Notes under the pieces: model-generated
The model's database searches: none
What the model was told of the DNA's origin: nothing
What the model saw: the letters and a program-made list of their open reading frames with translations, nothing else
Source of the DNA: Candidatus Methylomirabilia bacterium
GTDB taxonomy: Bacteria; Methylomirabilota; Methylomirabilia; Rokubacteriales; CSP1-6
Direction: 5' to 3'
Assembly: GCA_041496385.1 (NCBI GenBank)
Contig: JBGQEL010000005.1
Location: 31,299-95,298, forward strand
Length of the DNA: 64,000 bases
Program-made: the position numbers and the translations under genes
In this document: piece by piece, positions 54,001 through 62,788 of the stretch
How positions within the stretch are numbered: the stretch's first letter is position 1
Layout: each line of letters begins with the position of its first letter

Positions 54001-55450
54001 GGAGGAGCTCACCGGCGTGCGCGCCGCCGACGTCGTCGGGCGGCACTGCCTCGAGGTCTTCCCCTTTCTCCGCGAGCAGGGCGTCGACGTCCTGCTCGCG
54101 CGGGCGCTCGCGGGCGAGACCGTGTCCTCGCCCGACTTCCGCTACACCGTGCCCCAGACCGGCCGGGCGGGCTGGGTCGCGGGCCGCTACGGCCCGCTCC
54201 TCGACGCCGACGGGCGGACGATCGGCGTCATCGCGACCGTGCGCGACGTCACCGAGCGTCGCCTGGCCGAGGAGGCGCTCCGGCACAGCGAGGAGCGGCT
54301 CCGCCAGGCGCAGAAGATGGAGGCGGTCGGCCGGCTCGCCGGTGGGATCGCGCACGACTTCAACAACCTCCTGACCGTCATCACCGGGCGCGGCGAGCTC
54401 CTCCTGCGCCGCCTGCCGGCGGAGGATGCCGCGCGCCGCGACATCGAGCTGATCAAGAAGACCGCCGAGCGCGCCGGGCTGCTGACCAAGCAGCTCCTGG
54501 CCTTCAGCCGCAAGCAGATGCTCCAGCCCAAGGTGCTCGACCTGAACGGGATCGTCGCGGGCGTGGCCCAGATGCTCCAGCGGCTCATCGGTGAGGACAT
54601 CGACCTCGTGACGCTGCTGGACCCGAACCTCGGCGCGGTCCGTGCGGACCCGGCGCAGGTGGAGCAGATCATCCTCAACCTCGCCGTCAACGCGCGCGAC
54701 GCGATGCCCCAGGGCGGGCGGCTCGTCATCGAGACGACCAACATCGATCTGGACCCGGCGTTCGCCGCCGCCAACCCCGGCATCGCGCCCGGGCCCAGCG
54801 TGCTGCTCCAGGTGAGCGACACGGGATCGGGGATGACTCCGGAGGTCCAGGCCCACATCTTCGAGCCGTTCTTCACCACGAAGGAGGTCGGCAAGGGCAC
54901 CGGGCTCGGCCTGGCGACGGTCTACGGCATCGTCAAGCAGCACGAGGGCTCCATCGCCGTCGAGAGCGCGCCCGGCGAGGGCACGCGGTTCCGGATCTAT
55001 CTTAGCCAGGTCGACGAGACGCCGGAGCGGATCGAGCCCGGCGCGCCGGCGGGGCGGGCGCCGACGGGCTCGGAGACGGTGCTCCTGGTCGAGGACGAGG
55101 ACGGCCTCCGCGAGCTCGCGCGCGACATCCTGACGTCCGCCGGCTACAAGGTGCTCGCCGCGTCGGGGGCGGCCGAGGCGCTGGAGGTCGCCCGGCGGCA
55201 CGGCGGGCCGATCCACCTCCTGCTCACCGACGTCGTGATGCCCCAGATGAGCGGGCGCGACCTCGTCGAGCGGCTCAGCCCCGAGCATCCCGAGATGAAG
55301 ACGCTCTACATGTCGGGCTACACCGCGGACGCGATCGTGCATCACGGCGTGCTCGATCCCGGCACGATGCTGCTGCCCAAGCCGTTCACGCCCGACGCGC
55401 TCACGCGCAAGGTGCGCGAGGTCCTGAGCGCGCCTCAGATGCCCAGGTAG
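51083..55450 (+). CDS. Cytoplasmic hybrid histidine kinase: 4 GAF, 3 PAS, HisKA, HATPase and REC
   Basis: Repeated SLDLDTVL...NARL(Y/F) GAF units; AHDFNNLL, NARDAM, DTGSGM, FFTTK, GTGLGL; REC LLTDVVMP...KPF; start (TTG 51083) uncertain. Confidence 0.92.
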   Translation: MPERRPRSDLARLRALTRLNRLITSSLQTDDVLREIARAAAALMASASASFALVDEGARTIDLRAWSDEAVGADFPRRRLGFDDGALGWIATHRQPLNVPDTLKDGRFFATDWLRAHGFTSYLGVPVVLDGGLLAILSLNARKPFRLTSEDRDLLESFVAQAAVAIRNARLYDEASAGRREAEVIADLARSISASLDLDTVLQRLAESARELTRSDMARIALRDPGADTMTIRARAGSRYEGYRAFRVEPGKGSGGLVMQTGRPFRSDDYLADPRITTDYHRIAQAEGMVAHLAVPIRSADLIEGLLYVDTREPRPFSDRDEAVLMRLADHAAVAIQNARLFAESAARRRSAEILAQLGRALGETLDPRVVGQRVVENARRLLRVRGTVLYRLRQDGALAVIAAAGETGSFRSGAFELAPGVGVGGAAVRDRQPFATRNVLEEPRITLPPDARAAIERAGHRSALAVPLIVEDRVIGALAAGDAPGRTFSPDEIRLVQAFASEAALALEHARLYEEAERRRRETEFTAEIARAISASLDLDTVLQRITDGAKDLVGGDTAMIGFREGGAEAVTVRYRVGSRYSSDRALSIEPGKGLGGMALLTGLPCRTDDYAADARFGKEYLGAIRRDGVVSAIVVPIRTDARVVGVLYVANRTPRPFTDGDETVLLRLADGAAIAIKNAQLYARERESERRARSLFENANDPVATFALDGTITSANPEMARILGYAREELIGEHFSRFATPATVRLMEDRARRALAGEKVPPTVEVDILRRDGVVVIAEGRISVMRDAAGRVTGWQVIYRDMTDRARAEQALRASEERYRTLVEGSIQGVMILRDWLTLFANGPLAAMLGYASQEELIGVDARRWIAPHELPRIERYGAARERGEPAPSHYEFQAVRRDGTLIWAEVQLSPIVWDGEPAVQVAGFDVTERRRAEEALRESSEFQKQVIAGAREGIVVYDRELRYVVWNPLMEELTGVRAADVVGRHCLEVFPFLREQGVDVLLARALAGETVSSPDFRYTVPQTGRAGWVAGRYGPLLDADGRTIGVIATVRDVTERRLAEEALRHSEERLRQAQKMEAVGRLAGGIAHDFNNLLTVITGRGELLLRRLPAEDAARRDIELIKKTAERAGLLTKQLLAFSRKQMLQPKVLDLNGIVAGVAQMLQRLIGEDIDLVTLLDPNLGAVRADPAQVEQIILNLAVNARDAMPQGGRLVIETTNIDLDPAFAAANPGIAPGPSVLLQVSDTGSGMTPEVQAHIFEPFFTTKEVGKGTGLGLATVYGIVKQHEGSIAVESAPGEGTRFRIYLSQVDETPERIEPGAPAGRAPTGSETVLLVEDEDGLRELARDILTSAGYKVLAASGAAEALEVARRHGGPIHLLLTDVVMPQMSGRDLVERLSPEHPEMKTLYMSGYTADAIVHHGVLDPGTMLLPKPFTPDALTRKVREVLSAPQMPR

Positions 55451-56187
55451 GCCTTCTTCACGAGCTCGCTCCCCAGCAGGTCGCGGCTCGCTCCCTCGAG
55501 GACCACGCGTCCGGTCTGCAGCACGTAGCCGCGGGTCGCGAGGCTCAGCGCCGCGGGCACGTTCTGCTCGACCAGCAACATGGCCAGCCCCTCCGCCGCG
55601 TGGAGTCGAGCCAGCGCCTCCATGATCGCGTCCACCAGGCGCGGCATGATCCCCAGGCTCGGCTCGTCGAGCATGACGAACCGCGGCCGCGACATGAGCG
55701 CGCGGGCGATCGCGAGCGCCTGCCCCTCGCCGCCGCTGAGCGTGCCCGCGCGCTGGCCCGCGCGCGCGCGCAGCATCGGAAAGAGCGCGTAGGTCCGTTC
55801 CAGCATCTCGCTCCGGTGGCCCGCGTCCCGGTTGGTGAACGTCCCGAGGGTCAGGTTCTCGGCGACCGTCAGGCGACTGAAGAGCCGGCGCCCCTCGGGC
55901 ACGAGCGCGACTCCCAGCCCGACGCGATCGGCCGCCTCGAGGTCCGCGACGGATCGGCCGGCGAACCGGATCTCGCCGCCCGCCGGTGGAACCAGCCCCG
56001 CGATCGTCTTCAGGAGGGTGCTCTTGCCCGCGCCGTTCGCGCCGATCAGCGCGACGATCTCACCGGGGCGCACGTGCAGCGAGACGCCCTGGAGCGCCAG
56101 GACTCCGGCGCCGTACGCGACGTGCAGGTCGCGCACGTCGAGCAGCGCGTCGCCCGGCGGCCCCGGGCGCGGGTCAGTCCCGGCCAC
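55435..56187 (-). CDS. livF: Branched-chain amino acid ABC ATPase
   Basis: GANGAGKS, VPEGRRLF, LSGGE, LDEPSLG, LVEQN. Confidence 0.88.
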   Translation of the reverse strand: MAGTDPRPGPPGDALLDVRDLHVAYGAGVLALQGVSLHVRPGEIVALIGANGAGKSTLLKTIAGLVPPAGGEIRFAGRSVADLEAADRVGLGVALVPEGRRLFSRLTVAENLTLGTFTNRDAGHRSEMLERTYALFPMLRARAGQRAGTLSGGEGQALAIARALMSRPRFVMLDEPSLGIMPRLVDAIMEALARLHAAEGLAMLLVEQNVPAALSLATRGYVLQTGRVVLEGASRDLLGSELVKKAYLGI

Positions 56188-56908
56188 GGTAGTGGGCGCC
56201 GAGGTAGGCCTTGATCACCTGCTCGTTCCGGACGACCTCGGCGGGCGTGCCCTCCGCGATCTTCTCGCCGTAGTCGAGCACGACCACCCGCCCGGAGAGC
56301 GGCATCACGACCTCCATCACGTGCTCGACCACGCAGAGCGTCAGTCCGAGCTCCGCGTGGATCCGGCGGACGAGATCCACGGCGGCCGCGGTCTCGGTGG
56401 GCGTGAGCCCCGACATCGCCTCGTCGAGCAGGAGGAGGCGGGGCTCGGTGGCGAGCGCCCGCGCGATCTCCAGCCGCTTCTTGTCCGCGAGCGTCAGGGT
56501 CGCGGCCGGCACGTCCTCTCTCGACGCGAGGCCCGTGAAGTCCAGGAGCCGGAGGGCGCGCGCGCGCGCCACGCCGATGCGGTTCGTGTGCGCGAGCGCG
56601 CCGCAGACGACGTTCTCGAGCGCCGTCATCCGGCCGAACGTCCGCACGAGCTGCCAGGTCCGCGCCATGCCCAGGCGCGACACACGCTCCGGGCGCGCCC
56701 GCGTGATGTCGACGCCGCCGAAGACGATCCGTCCCTCGTCCGGGTGCATGTAGCCCGTGAGGCAGTTGAACAGCGTCGTCTTGCCCGCGCCGTTCGGCCC
56801 GATGAGCCCGACGATCTCGCCCGCCTCGAGCGCGAGCGAGACGTCCTTGTTGGCGACGAGGCCGCCGAAGCGCTTCGTGACGCCGTGCAGCTCCAGGAGC
56901 GGCGCCAT
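56174..56908 (-). CDS. livG: Branched-chain amino acid ABC ATPase
   Basis: KRFGGLVA, GPNGAGKT, LEIARALA, VIKAYLG. Confidence 0.88.
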   Translation of the reverse strand: MAPLLELHGVTKRFGGLVANKDVSLALEAGEIVGLIGPNGAGKTTLFNCLTGYMHPDEGRIVFGGVDITRARPERVSRLGMARTWQLVRTFGRMTALENVVCGALAHTNRIGVARARALRLLDFTGLASREDVPAATLTLADKKRLEIARALATEPRLLLLDEAMSGLTPTETAAAVDLVRRIHAELGLTLCVVEHVMEVVMPLSGRVVVLDYGEKIAEGTPAEVVRNEQVIKAYLGAHYRGRD

Positions 56909-56911
56909 CGC

Positions 56912-57934
56912 TCAGCCGCGCCGCGCGAGCCGCCGGGTCCAGCGGCCCCACGGCAGCGAGAGGATCCCCGTCGGGCGGAGGGCCGCGATCACGACGATGA
57001 CGAGGCCGTAGACGATCAGGTCGATGCCCCGGCCCGCCAGCGGCCCCGTCCCCAGCGTCGTGCTCATGATCTGCGAGATCGGGATCAGGATGGCCGCTCC
57101 GAGCACCGGACCCCAGAGCCGCCCGATGCCGCCGACGACCGTGGCCATCGTCGGCAGCGTGCTCCAGTTCAGGTCGAGCACCTGATCGGGGAAGACCGCG
57201 AGCGCCCAGAACCCGTAGAGCACGCCGCCCGCCGCGAACACGCCGGCGGTGATGCTGCGCGCGCACACCTTGTAGAGGCGGCTGTCGATCCCGATCCCCT
57301 CGGCGCCCTCCTGGTCGTCGCGGATCGCGCGGAAGTAGAAACCGAGCTTGCCGCGCTCCACCAGCCGCGCCAGGACGAGGGTGACCGCCAGGAGCGCGAA
57401 CGCGACATAGTAGTAGCCGAGCGCCTTGGTCCGGCCCGCGAACTGCAGGCTCGCGAGCGCGCCGAGCGCGCCCTGCCCGGTCTGCATCGGGATGAAGAGG
57501 CCGCGGCTCCCGTTGATGAACTCCCAGGTGGCGCCGATGGGCTGCGCGATCATCCAGACGGCGACTGTCGAGATCGCGAAGTAGTGGCCGCGGAGCCGCG
57601 TCAGCGGATAGGTCACGAGCGCGCAGACGAGCATCGCGACGACGACGCCGGCCAGCATGCCGAGCCAGGGATTGCAGCCGAGGTGCACGAAGAGGATTGC
57701 GGCGACGTAGGCGCCGATCGCGAAGGACACCTGCGGCCCGAAGTCGAACTGCCCGGCCCAGCCGCCGATGACGTTCCAGCCGACGCCGAGCATCGCGTTG
57801 AGCAGGACGAGGAAGCCGACCGTCTGGAAATACGTGTAGCCGGCGACCTGGAGTGGGATCGGGTAGGCGAGGCCCAGGAGGACGCCGATCACGAGGACGG
57901 CCCTCGCCCAGGACCGCCCGCTAGAACCGCCCAA
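56912..57934 (-). CDS. livM: Branched-chain amino acid ABC permease
   Basis: WNVIGGWAGQ, RLRGHYFAIST, AIRDDQEGA, GPVLGA. Confidence 0.85.
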   Translation of the reverse strand: MGGSSGRSWARAVLVIGVLLGLAYPIPLQVAGYTYFQTVGFLVLLNAMLGVGWNVIGGWAGQFDFGPQVSFAIGAYVAAILFVHLGCNPWLGMLAGVVVAMLVCALVTYPLTRLRGHYFAISTVAVWMIAQPIGATWEFINGSRGLFIPMQTGQGALGALASLQFAGRTKALGYYYVAFALLAVTLVLARLVERGKLGFYFRAIRDDQEGAEGIGIDSRLYKVCARSITAGVFAAGGVLYGFWALAVFPDQVLDLNWSTLPTMATVVGGIGRLWGPVLGAAILIPISQIMSTTLGTGPLAGRGIDLIVYGLVIVVIAALRPTGILSLPWGRWTRRLARRG

Positions 57935-58793
57935 AGAGCCCCTGCGGCCGGAGCAGCCCGATCAGGATGTACGAGGCGAAGACGAACGCGTCCTTGAAGG
58001 CGGGCGGCAGGTAGATCGTCGTGACGCTCTGGACCACGCCGACGAGGAGCGCGGCCAGCAGCGTGCCGAGAATCGAGCCGAACCCGCCGAGGGCGACGAT
58101 CGCATAGGCCAGCACCGTGAACGGGAATCCCACCTGCGGAAAGACCGCGAAGAAGTTGGCGAGGATCGCGCCGGCGACGGCGACGAGGGCGGCGCCGAGG
58201 CCCCAGGCGACGGCGAACATCTTCTGGGGCCGGATGCCCACGAGCATCGCGGCCTCGCGGTCCTCCGCCGTGGCCTGGAGCGCCAGTCCGAACTCCGTCC
58301 GATCGATCAGGAGGTAGAGCGCCAGGAAGATCACGAGCGCGAGGAGCGCGCCGATCAGGAGTGGGACGCCGACGGTGATGCCCAGGACGTGGAGGTTCGC
58401 GCCGCTGAGCCGCGTCAGGAGCGTGTTGGAGAGATACCGGTAGTCGCTCGTGAAGACCGCGACCGCGCCGTTCTGCAGCAGGAAGAGGAGCCCGACGGTC
58501 GCGAAGATCTGCGTGAAGGGGTCGCCCCGCTGGACGTGGCGCATCAGGTGCCGGTAGATCAGGACACCCAGCCCATACAGCACGAGCCCCACCGGCACGA
58601 TCGAGAGGAGCGGATCGAGACCGAAGCCGGCGCTGAGCCCCCAGGCGCCGAACATGCCGAGCATGAGGAACTCGCCGTGGGCGAAGTTGATCATCTCCAT
58701 CAGGCCCCAGATGATCGTGAGGCCCACGGCCACGAGCGCGTAGAGGAAGCCCATCTCGAGCCCGTTGACGACCGCCTGGAGCAGGAGCGTCAC
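57921..58793 (-). CDS. livH: Branched-chain amino acid ABC permease
   Basis: YALVAVGLTII, INFAHGEF, LGGFGS, RPQGLFG. Confidence 0.88.
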   Translation of the reverse strand: MTLLLQAVVNGLEMGFLYALVAVGLTIIWGLMEMINFAHGEFLMLGMFGAWGLSAGFGLDPLLSIVPVGLVLYGLGVLIYRHLMRHVQRGDPFTQIFATVGLLFLLQNGAVAVFTSDYRYLSNTLLTRLSGANLHVLGITVGVPLLIGALLALVIFLALYLLIDRTEFGLALQATAEDREAAMLVGIRPQKMFAVAWGLGAALVAVAGAILANFFAVFPQVGFPFTVLAYAIVALGGFGSILGTLLAALLVGVVQSVTTIYLPPAFKDAFVFASYILIGLLRPQGLFGRF

Positions 58794-58802
58794 GGCGCCC
58801 GG

Positions 58803-60125
58803 TCAGTTCGCCGGCTTGGGCTTGCCGTCCCGCTCCTGCCAGCTCGGGCTCGGGTGGAGCACCTTGAAGTTCGCCTTCTTCGCGAGGTCCCACGGCCAGA
58901 TCGTGTGCTTCTCGCCGTCCCAGCCGATCTGCGTGACCACGCCGCTCGCCAGCTCGTTCTGGTGGCTCGCGTCGAACCGCACGCCCTTGTAGTCGATGAT
59001 GAGCTGCTCGGGGCTCATGTTGGTCTCCATGGCCGCCTTCGCGAGCGCCGCCGGGTCGACGGACTTCGCGCGGTTGATCGTGTCCGCCATCCACAGGAGG
59101 CCCGTGATCTCACGCATGGCCAGCTCGCCCATGTTCTGGCCGCGGCTGTACTTCTTGTAGATCTCGTTGATCTTCTTCCAGCTCGGCCGGTCGTGCACGA
59201 GGTCGATCGCCGTGGGATCGCGCCCGAGCCAGCCGGCGCCGCCGTTCGTCTTCTTCTGTGCCTCGAGCCAGGTCTGGTCGGAGTACGCCCCGTTGCTGGT
59301 CGCGATCATCTTCGGCATGAAGCCCGCGCGCTTGGCGTCCCCCTGGAAGATCGCGGTCTCGGGGGGGTACTGCACGAAGAACAGGACGTCGGGCTTCGCC
59401 GCCTGCAGCCGCTGCACCTCCGACGCGAGCGTCGTCGCGCCGGTCTTGGTCGTCAGGTCCAGCACGACCTCGAAGCCCGACTTCGGCGCCAGCTCGGCCG
59501 CGATCTTGCGATTGTCCTGGCAGAAGAGGTTGTCGCACGTGAGGAGCGCGACCGTCTTGAGATCGGTGGGCCCGCCCCGCTCACGCCACTCCTTGAGGAA
59601 CGTGAAGACGCTCGCGACCATGGTCTTGTCGTTGGGCCCCGTGCGCCAGAACCACTTGAACCCCTTCTCGGTCAGGGTCGGCGACGCGCACGGGTGGCAC
59701 GACATCGGGATGCCGAAGCCCTCGACGACCGGCTGGATGATCGAGGTGTTGCCGCTCGTGCCCTCACCGTTCAGCCAGTGGATCTTGTTCACGGTGATGA
59801 GCTGCTCGGCCAGCGTCCGCGCGAGATCCCCGCGGCTCTGGTCGTCCCGGACGACGAGCGTCATCTTCGCGCCGCCGAGTCCGGGAAACCCCTTCCCCGG
59901 CCCGAGCGGCACCGTGAGGTCCGGGTAGTCGTTGTTGACGATGTCCTCGACCGTCTGCCCGGCCCAGAGGTACTGCTGGCCGAGGCTCGCGAAGTTCCCG
60001 GTGAGGGGCAGGAGCTCCCCGATGAGCACCTCGCGCACGTCCGCCGCGGGCGCGGTCTGGTGGGTAACCGCCGCGATCCACAGGAGACAGGTGAACAGGA
60101 TCAGGACCCGGGGCAGGCGTCGCAT
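58803..60125 (-). CDS. LivK-family ABC solute-binding protein
   Basis: Signal peptide, IGELLPLTG, LTEKGFKWFWRT; heads the liv operon. Confidence 0.88.
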   Translation of the reverse strand: MRRLPRVLILFTCLLWIAAVTHQTAPAADVREVLIGELLPLTGNFASLGQQYLWAGQTVEDIVNNDYPDLTVPLGPGKGFPGLGGAKMTLVVRDDQSRGDLARTLAEQLITVNKIHWLNGEGTSGNTSIIQPVVEGFGIPMSCHPCASPTLTEKGFKWFWRTGPNDKTMVASVFTFLKEWRERGGPTDLKTVALLTCDNLFCQDNRKIAAELAPKSGFEVVLDLTTKTGATTLASEVQRLQAAKPDVLFFVQYPPETAIFQGDAKRAGFMPKMIATSNGAYSDQTWLEAQKKTNGGAGWLGRDPTAIDLVHDRPSWKKINEIYKKYSRGQNMGELAMREITGLLWMADTINRAKSVDPAALAKAAMETNMSPEQLIIDYKGVRFDASHQNELASGVVTQIGWDGEKHTIWPWDLAKKANFKVLHPSPSWQERDGKPKPAN

Positions 60126-60287
60126 GGGCTCCTCCTCGATTCGACGGGAGATGGTGATCGGCGTCGCGCCGCCTATCCTAGCCCGTCACCGCCCCGGCCG
60201 CGAGCCCCTCGTCGAGACGCGACCTCGCTTATACTCCGAGCGCGGCGCCGCGGCGCGGGCACCCACGGCGAGCAGGGAGAGACCGCC

Positions 60288-60359
60288 ATGACGCTCAGCG
60301 GCGAGCAGATCGAGAGCCTCTACACCGTGCTCAGGCCCGCGGTTCGCGGCCTCTCCTGA
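60288..60359 (+). other. 23-aa micro-ORF (MTLSGEQIESLYTVLRPAVRGLS), possible remnant of a deleted gene
   Basis: TATACT near 60230 and an AGGGAG SD precede it. Confidence 0.35.
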
Positions 60360-60397
60360 GCCCGGGGGCCGGGCGGCCCGCGCTCGACGCGCGGGCG

Positions 60398-61074
60398 ATG
60401 GCCCTCCTGCTCCTTCCGCCGTTCCTCCAGGCCGGATTGCGCTCGGCGGGCGCTGCGCTGCTCGTGTGCGTGTACACCGCCGCGCGCGGCGTCCCGCTCT
60501 TCCGGCGCGATGGCTCGCTCGGCTTCGGCCTCGCGATCGCGGCCCTGTTCGCCGCCGAGTTCGTTTTTCTCTACTGGGGGCTCGTCTACACGACGGCCGC
60601 GCGCGGCATCCTCTTCCTGTACACGTCGCCCTTCGTGGTCGCGCTCGGCGCCCACTGGTTCCTGCCCGGCGAGCGCCTGCGCGGTCTCCGGATCGCCGGT
60701 CTCGGCTGCGCCTTCGCAGGACTGGTCCTCGCCATCGCGGACGGCCTCCGCCTGCCCACCTACCGCGAGCTGCTCGGCGACGGCATGGAGCTTCTCGCGG
60801 CCGTGCTCTGGGGCGCGACGACGGTGATCATCAAGGCGAGCCGGCCCTGGGCGCGCTCGCGTACCAGATCGTGATCGTCGCCTTCGCGAGCTACCTCGCG
60901 TGGTTCCGGCTGCTCGCGCGCTATCCCGCGGCGCCGCTCGCGGCCTTCTCCTTCTGGACGCCGATCTTCGGCATGCTCGCAGGCGCGCTCTTCCTCGGCG
61001 AGGCGGTGACGGGCGCGCTCGCCCTGACCATGGTGCTGGTGGCCGCGGGGATATACCTCGTCAACCGCTCCTGA
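60398..61074 (+). pseudogene. DMT/EamA transporter pseudogene (5' truncated, internal deletion with frameshift near 60840)
   Basis: One frame gives PFLQAGLRS...FLYTSPF...LWGATTVIIKA; another continues ALAYQIVIVAFASYLAWF...FSFWTPIFG...LGE...GIYLVN. Confidence 0.75.
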
Positions 61075-61394
61075 GGGATCAGCACGATCCGGATATGGTC
61101 GGCCCGTGCCGGGTCGAGCCGCGCCAGCGTTGCCCGCGCGATCACGATCACGCGCTCGACCACGGCGGGTCGCTCGAAGGGTACCGCGATCAGCGCCTGC
61201 CACCCGCCCTCGCGAACGCGCGTCACGAAGGGCGCGACGATGGCGCCGAGCTCGCGATGGATCGCGTCGGTCACGGCCACCTGGCGAGCCAGGGCGCCCT
61301 CGCGGACGCGCCGCGCGCGCCCGGCCAGCACGAATATCAGGACGAGCGTGAGCACGGGGGTGAGCATGACGGCGAGCGAAGCCAGCGCGCTCAT
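60921..61394 (-). CDS. Hypothetical membrane-anchored protein; 3' end overlaps the DMT remnant
   Basis: ATGA coupling to the USP gene; N-terminal TM; RQVAVTDAIHRELGAIVAP. Confidence 0.6.
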   Translation of the reverse strand: MSALASLAVMLTPVLTLVLIFVLAGRARRVREGALARQVAVTDAIHRELGAIVAPFVTRVREGGWQALIAVPFERPAVVERVIVIARATLARLDPARADHIRIVLIPQERLTRYIPAATSTMVRASAPVTASPRKSAPASMPKIGVQKEKAASGAAG

Positions 61395-61831
61395 GCGCCG
61401 GACCCGGGCGACAGCAGCATCACCGCCACGCGCGTCTTCCGTCTCACGCGCCGCACGACGCCGCCGGCGAAGGTCGGGAGGAGCCGGCGGGGCTTCGCCG
61501 TCGTCAGCGCGATGAGATCCGCGCCGAAGGCCTCGGCCTCGAGCGGGATCTCCTCGCCGGCATCGCCGAAGCGCACGCGCGTCTCGACGGTTACGCCCTC
61601 GAGCCGGGCTTCGACGGTGCGCAGGTAGTCGAGTGCCCGGCCCTCGAGCCGCTCGCTCTCCTGGTCGGCGTACGCGACGACCCGGCCGTCGTCGTTCGTG
61701 CGTAGCTCGGGCAGGGGCGCCACGTGAAGGAGCCTGACCGTCGCGCCGCCACGCGCCATCGCGGCGACCAGCGGCAGCACCGCCTCCGTGCGTTCGTGCG
61801 TATCGAGGGGTAGCAGGATTCGCTTTGCCAT
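61391..61831 (-). CDS. Universal stress protein
   Basis: KRILLPLD, VRLLHV, RFGDAGEEI, ADLIA. Confidence 0.85.
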   Translation of the reverse strand: MAKRILLPLDTHERTEAVLPLVAAMARGGATVRLLHVAPLPELRTNDDGRVVAYADQESERLEGRALDYLRTVEARLEGVTVETRVRFGDAGEEIPLEAEAFGADLIALTTAKPRRLLPTFAGGVVRRVRRKTRVAVMLLSPGSGA

Positions 61832-61893
61832 GATCCACCTCCGCCTCGTATGACACCGGGCGGAGGCCGGCGTGAAAGACGCCGGCTCGGTCG

Positions 61894-62763
61894 TCAGGCG
61901 GGGCGCGCGCCGGCGACGCCGAGCATATCGAGCAGGGCGGCGTCGACCTCCGTGGCGGCCTCGTAGATCGCCCAGTGGCCGGCGTCGTCGATCACGCGGA
62001 AGTCGAGATCGGGCTGGACCGAGGCGAGGATTCGCCGGCGCGCCTCCACGTCCCCACCCACGAACGCGTCGCGCCCTCCCCAGATGCCGGTGATGCGCGC
62101 GTGGATCGCGGGCAGCGCGCGCAGGAGCGCGTCGGACTCGGGAATGGCCCCCGACTTGAAGCGAGTCCGCCGGAGGTTTTCCATCTGGGCGAGGACCGCG
62201 AGATCGTCGATCTTCTCGGGGCACGCGATCATGAGGATCGCCAGATTCTCGCGGTGCGCGTGGCGGACCGCGTCGGGCGCCAGGCCCTGGGGGATCCGGA
62301 CCAGCGGCCGCGTCGGCGCGCGAGGCAGCCCGAAGCCGCCCGCCCCGAAGAGCGCGAGGGTCCGCACGCGGCTCCCGAGTCGTGCGGCCACGAGACCGCC
62401 GATGATGCCGCCGAAGGAGAACGCGGCGATGTCGAGCTCCGCCGGCGATGGCACGACGGCGTCGATTCCGGCGGCCACCATGTCGGCCAGCCCGTCGGCC
62501 GTATGCGGCTCGGGCGGCGTCTCGGAGTCGCCGAAGCCCGGCATGTCGGGCGCGAGCACTCGGAACCAGGCGGCGAGCGGCAGGATGTTGCGGATCCAGT
62601 GGGTCCAGGAGCCGCTCGCGCCGTGGAGCAGCACCAGGGGCCGGCCCCCTCCCCAGCTCCGCCACACCATGGACCCGGCGCCGCACGCGGTGGTTTGACG
62701 CGTCGAGAGAGATTCAATCCGCGAGATGGAGACCGCCGGGTCCTCCAGCGCCTCGGTGACCAC
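61894..62763 (-). CDS. Alpha/beta fold hydrolase
   Basis: LLHGASGSW, PDMPGFGDS, AFSFGG, AGHW; start approximate. Confidence 0.88.
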   Translation of the reverse strand: MVTEALEDPAVSISRIESLSTRQTTACGAGSMVWRSWGGGRPLVLLHGASGSWTHWIRNILPLAAWFRVLAPDMPGFGDSETPPEPHTADGLADMVAAGIDAVVPSPAELDIAAFSFGGIIGGLVAARLGSRVRTLALFGAGGFGLPRAPTRPLVRIPQGLAPDAVRHAHRENLAILMIACPEKIDDLAVLAQMENLRRTRFKSGAIPESDALLRALPAIHARITGIWGGRDAFVGGDVEARRRILASVQPDLDFRVIDDAGHWAIYEAATEVDAALLDMLGVAGARPA

Positions 62764-62788
62764 GTCGGGCGCCGTGCGGATCCGCCGC

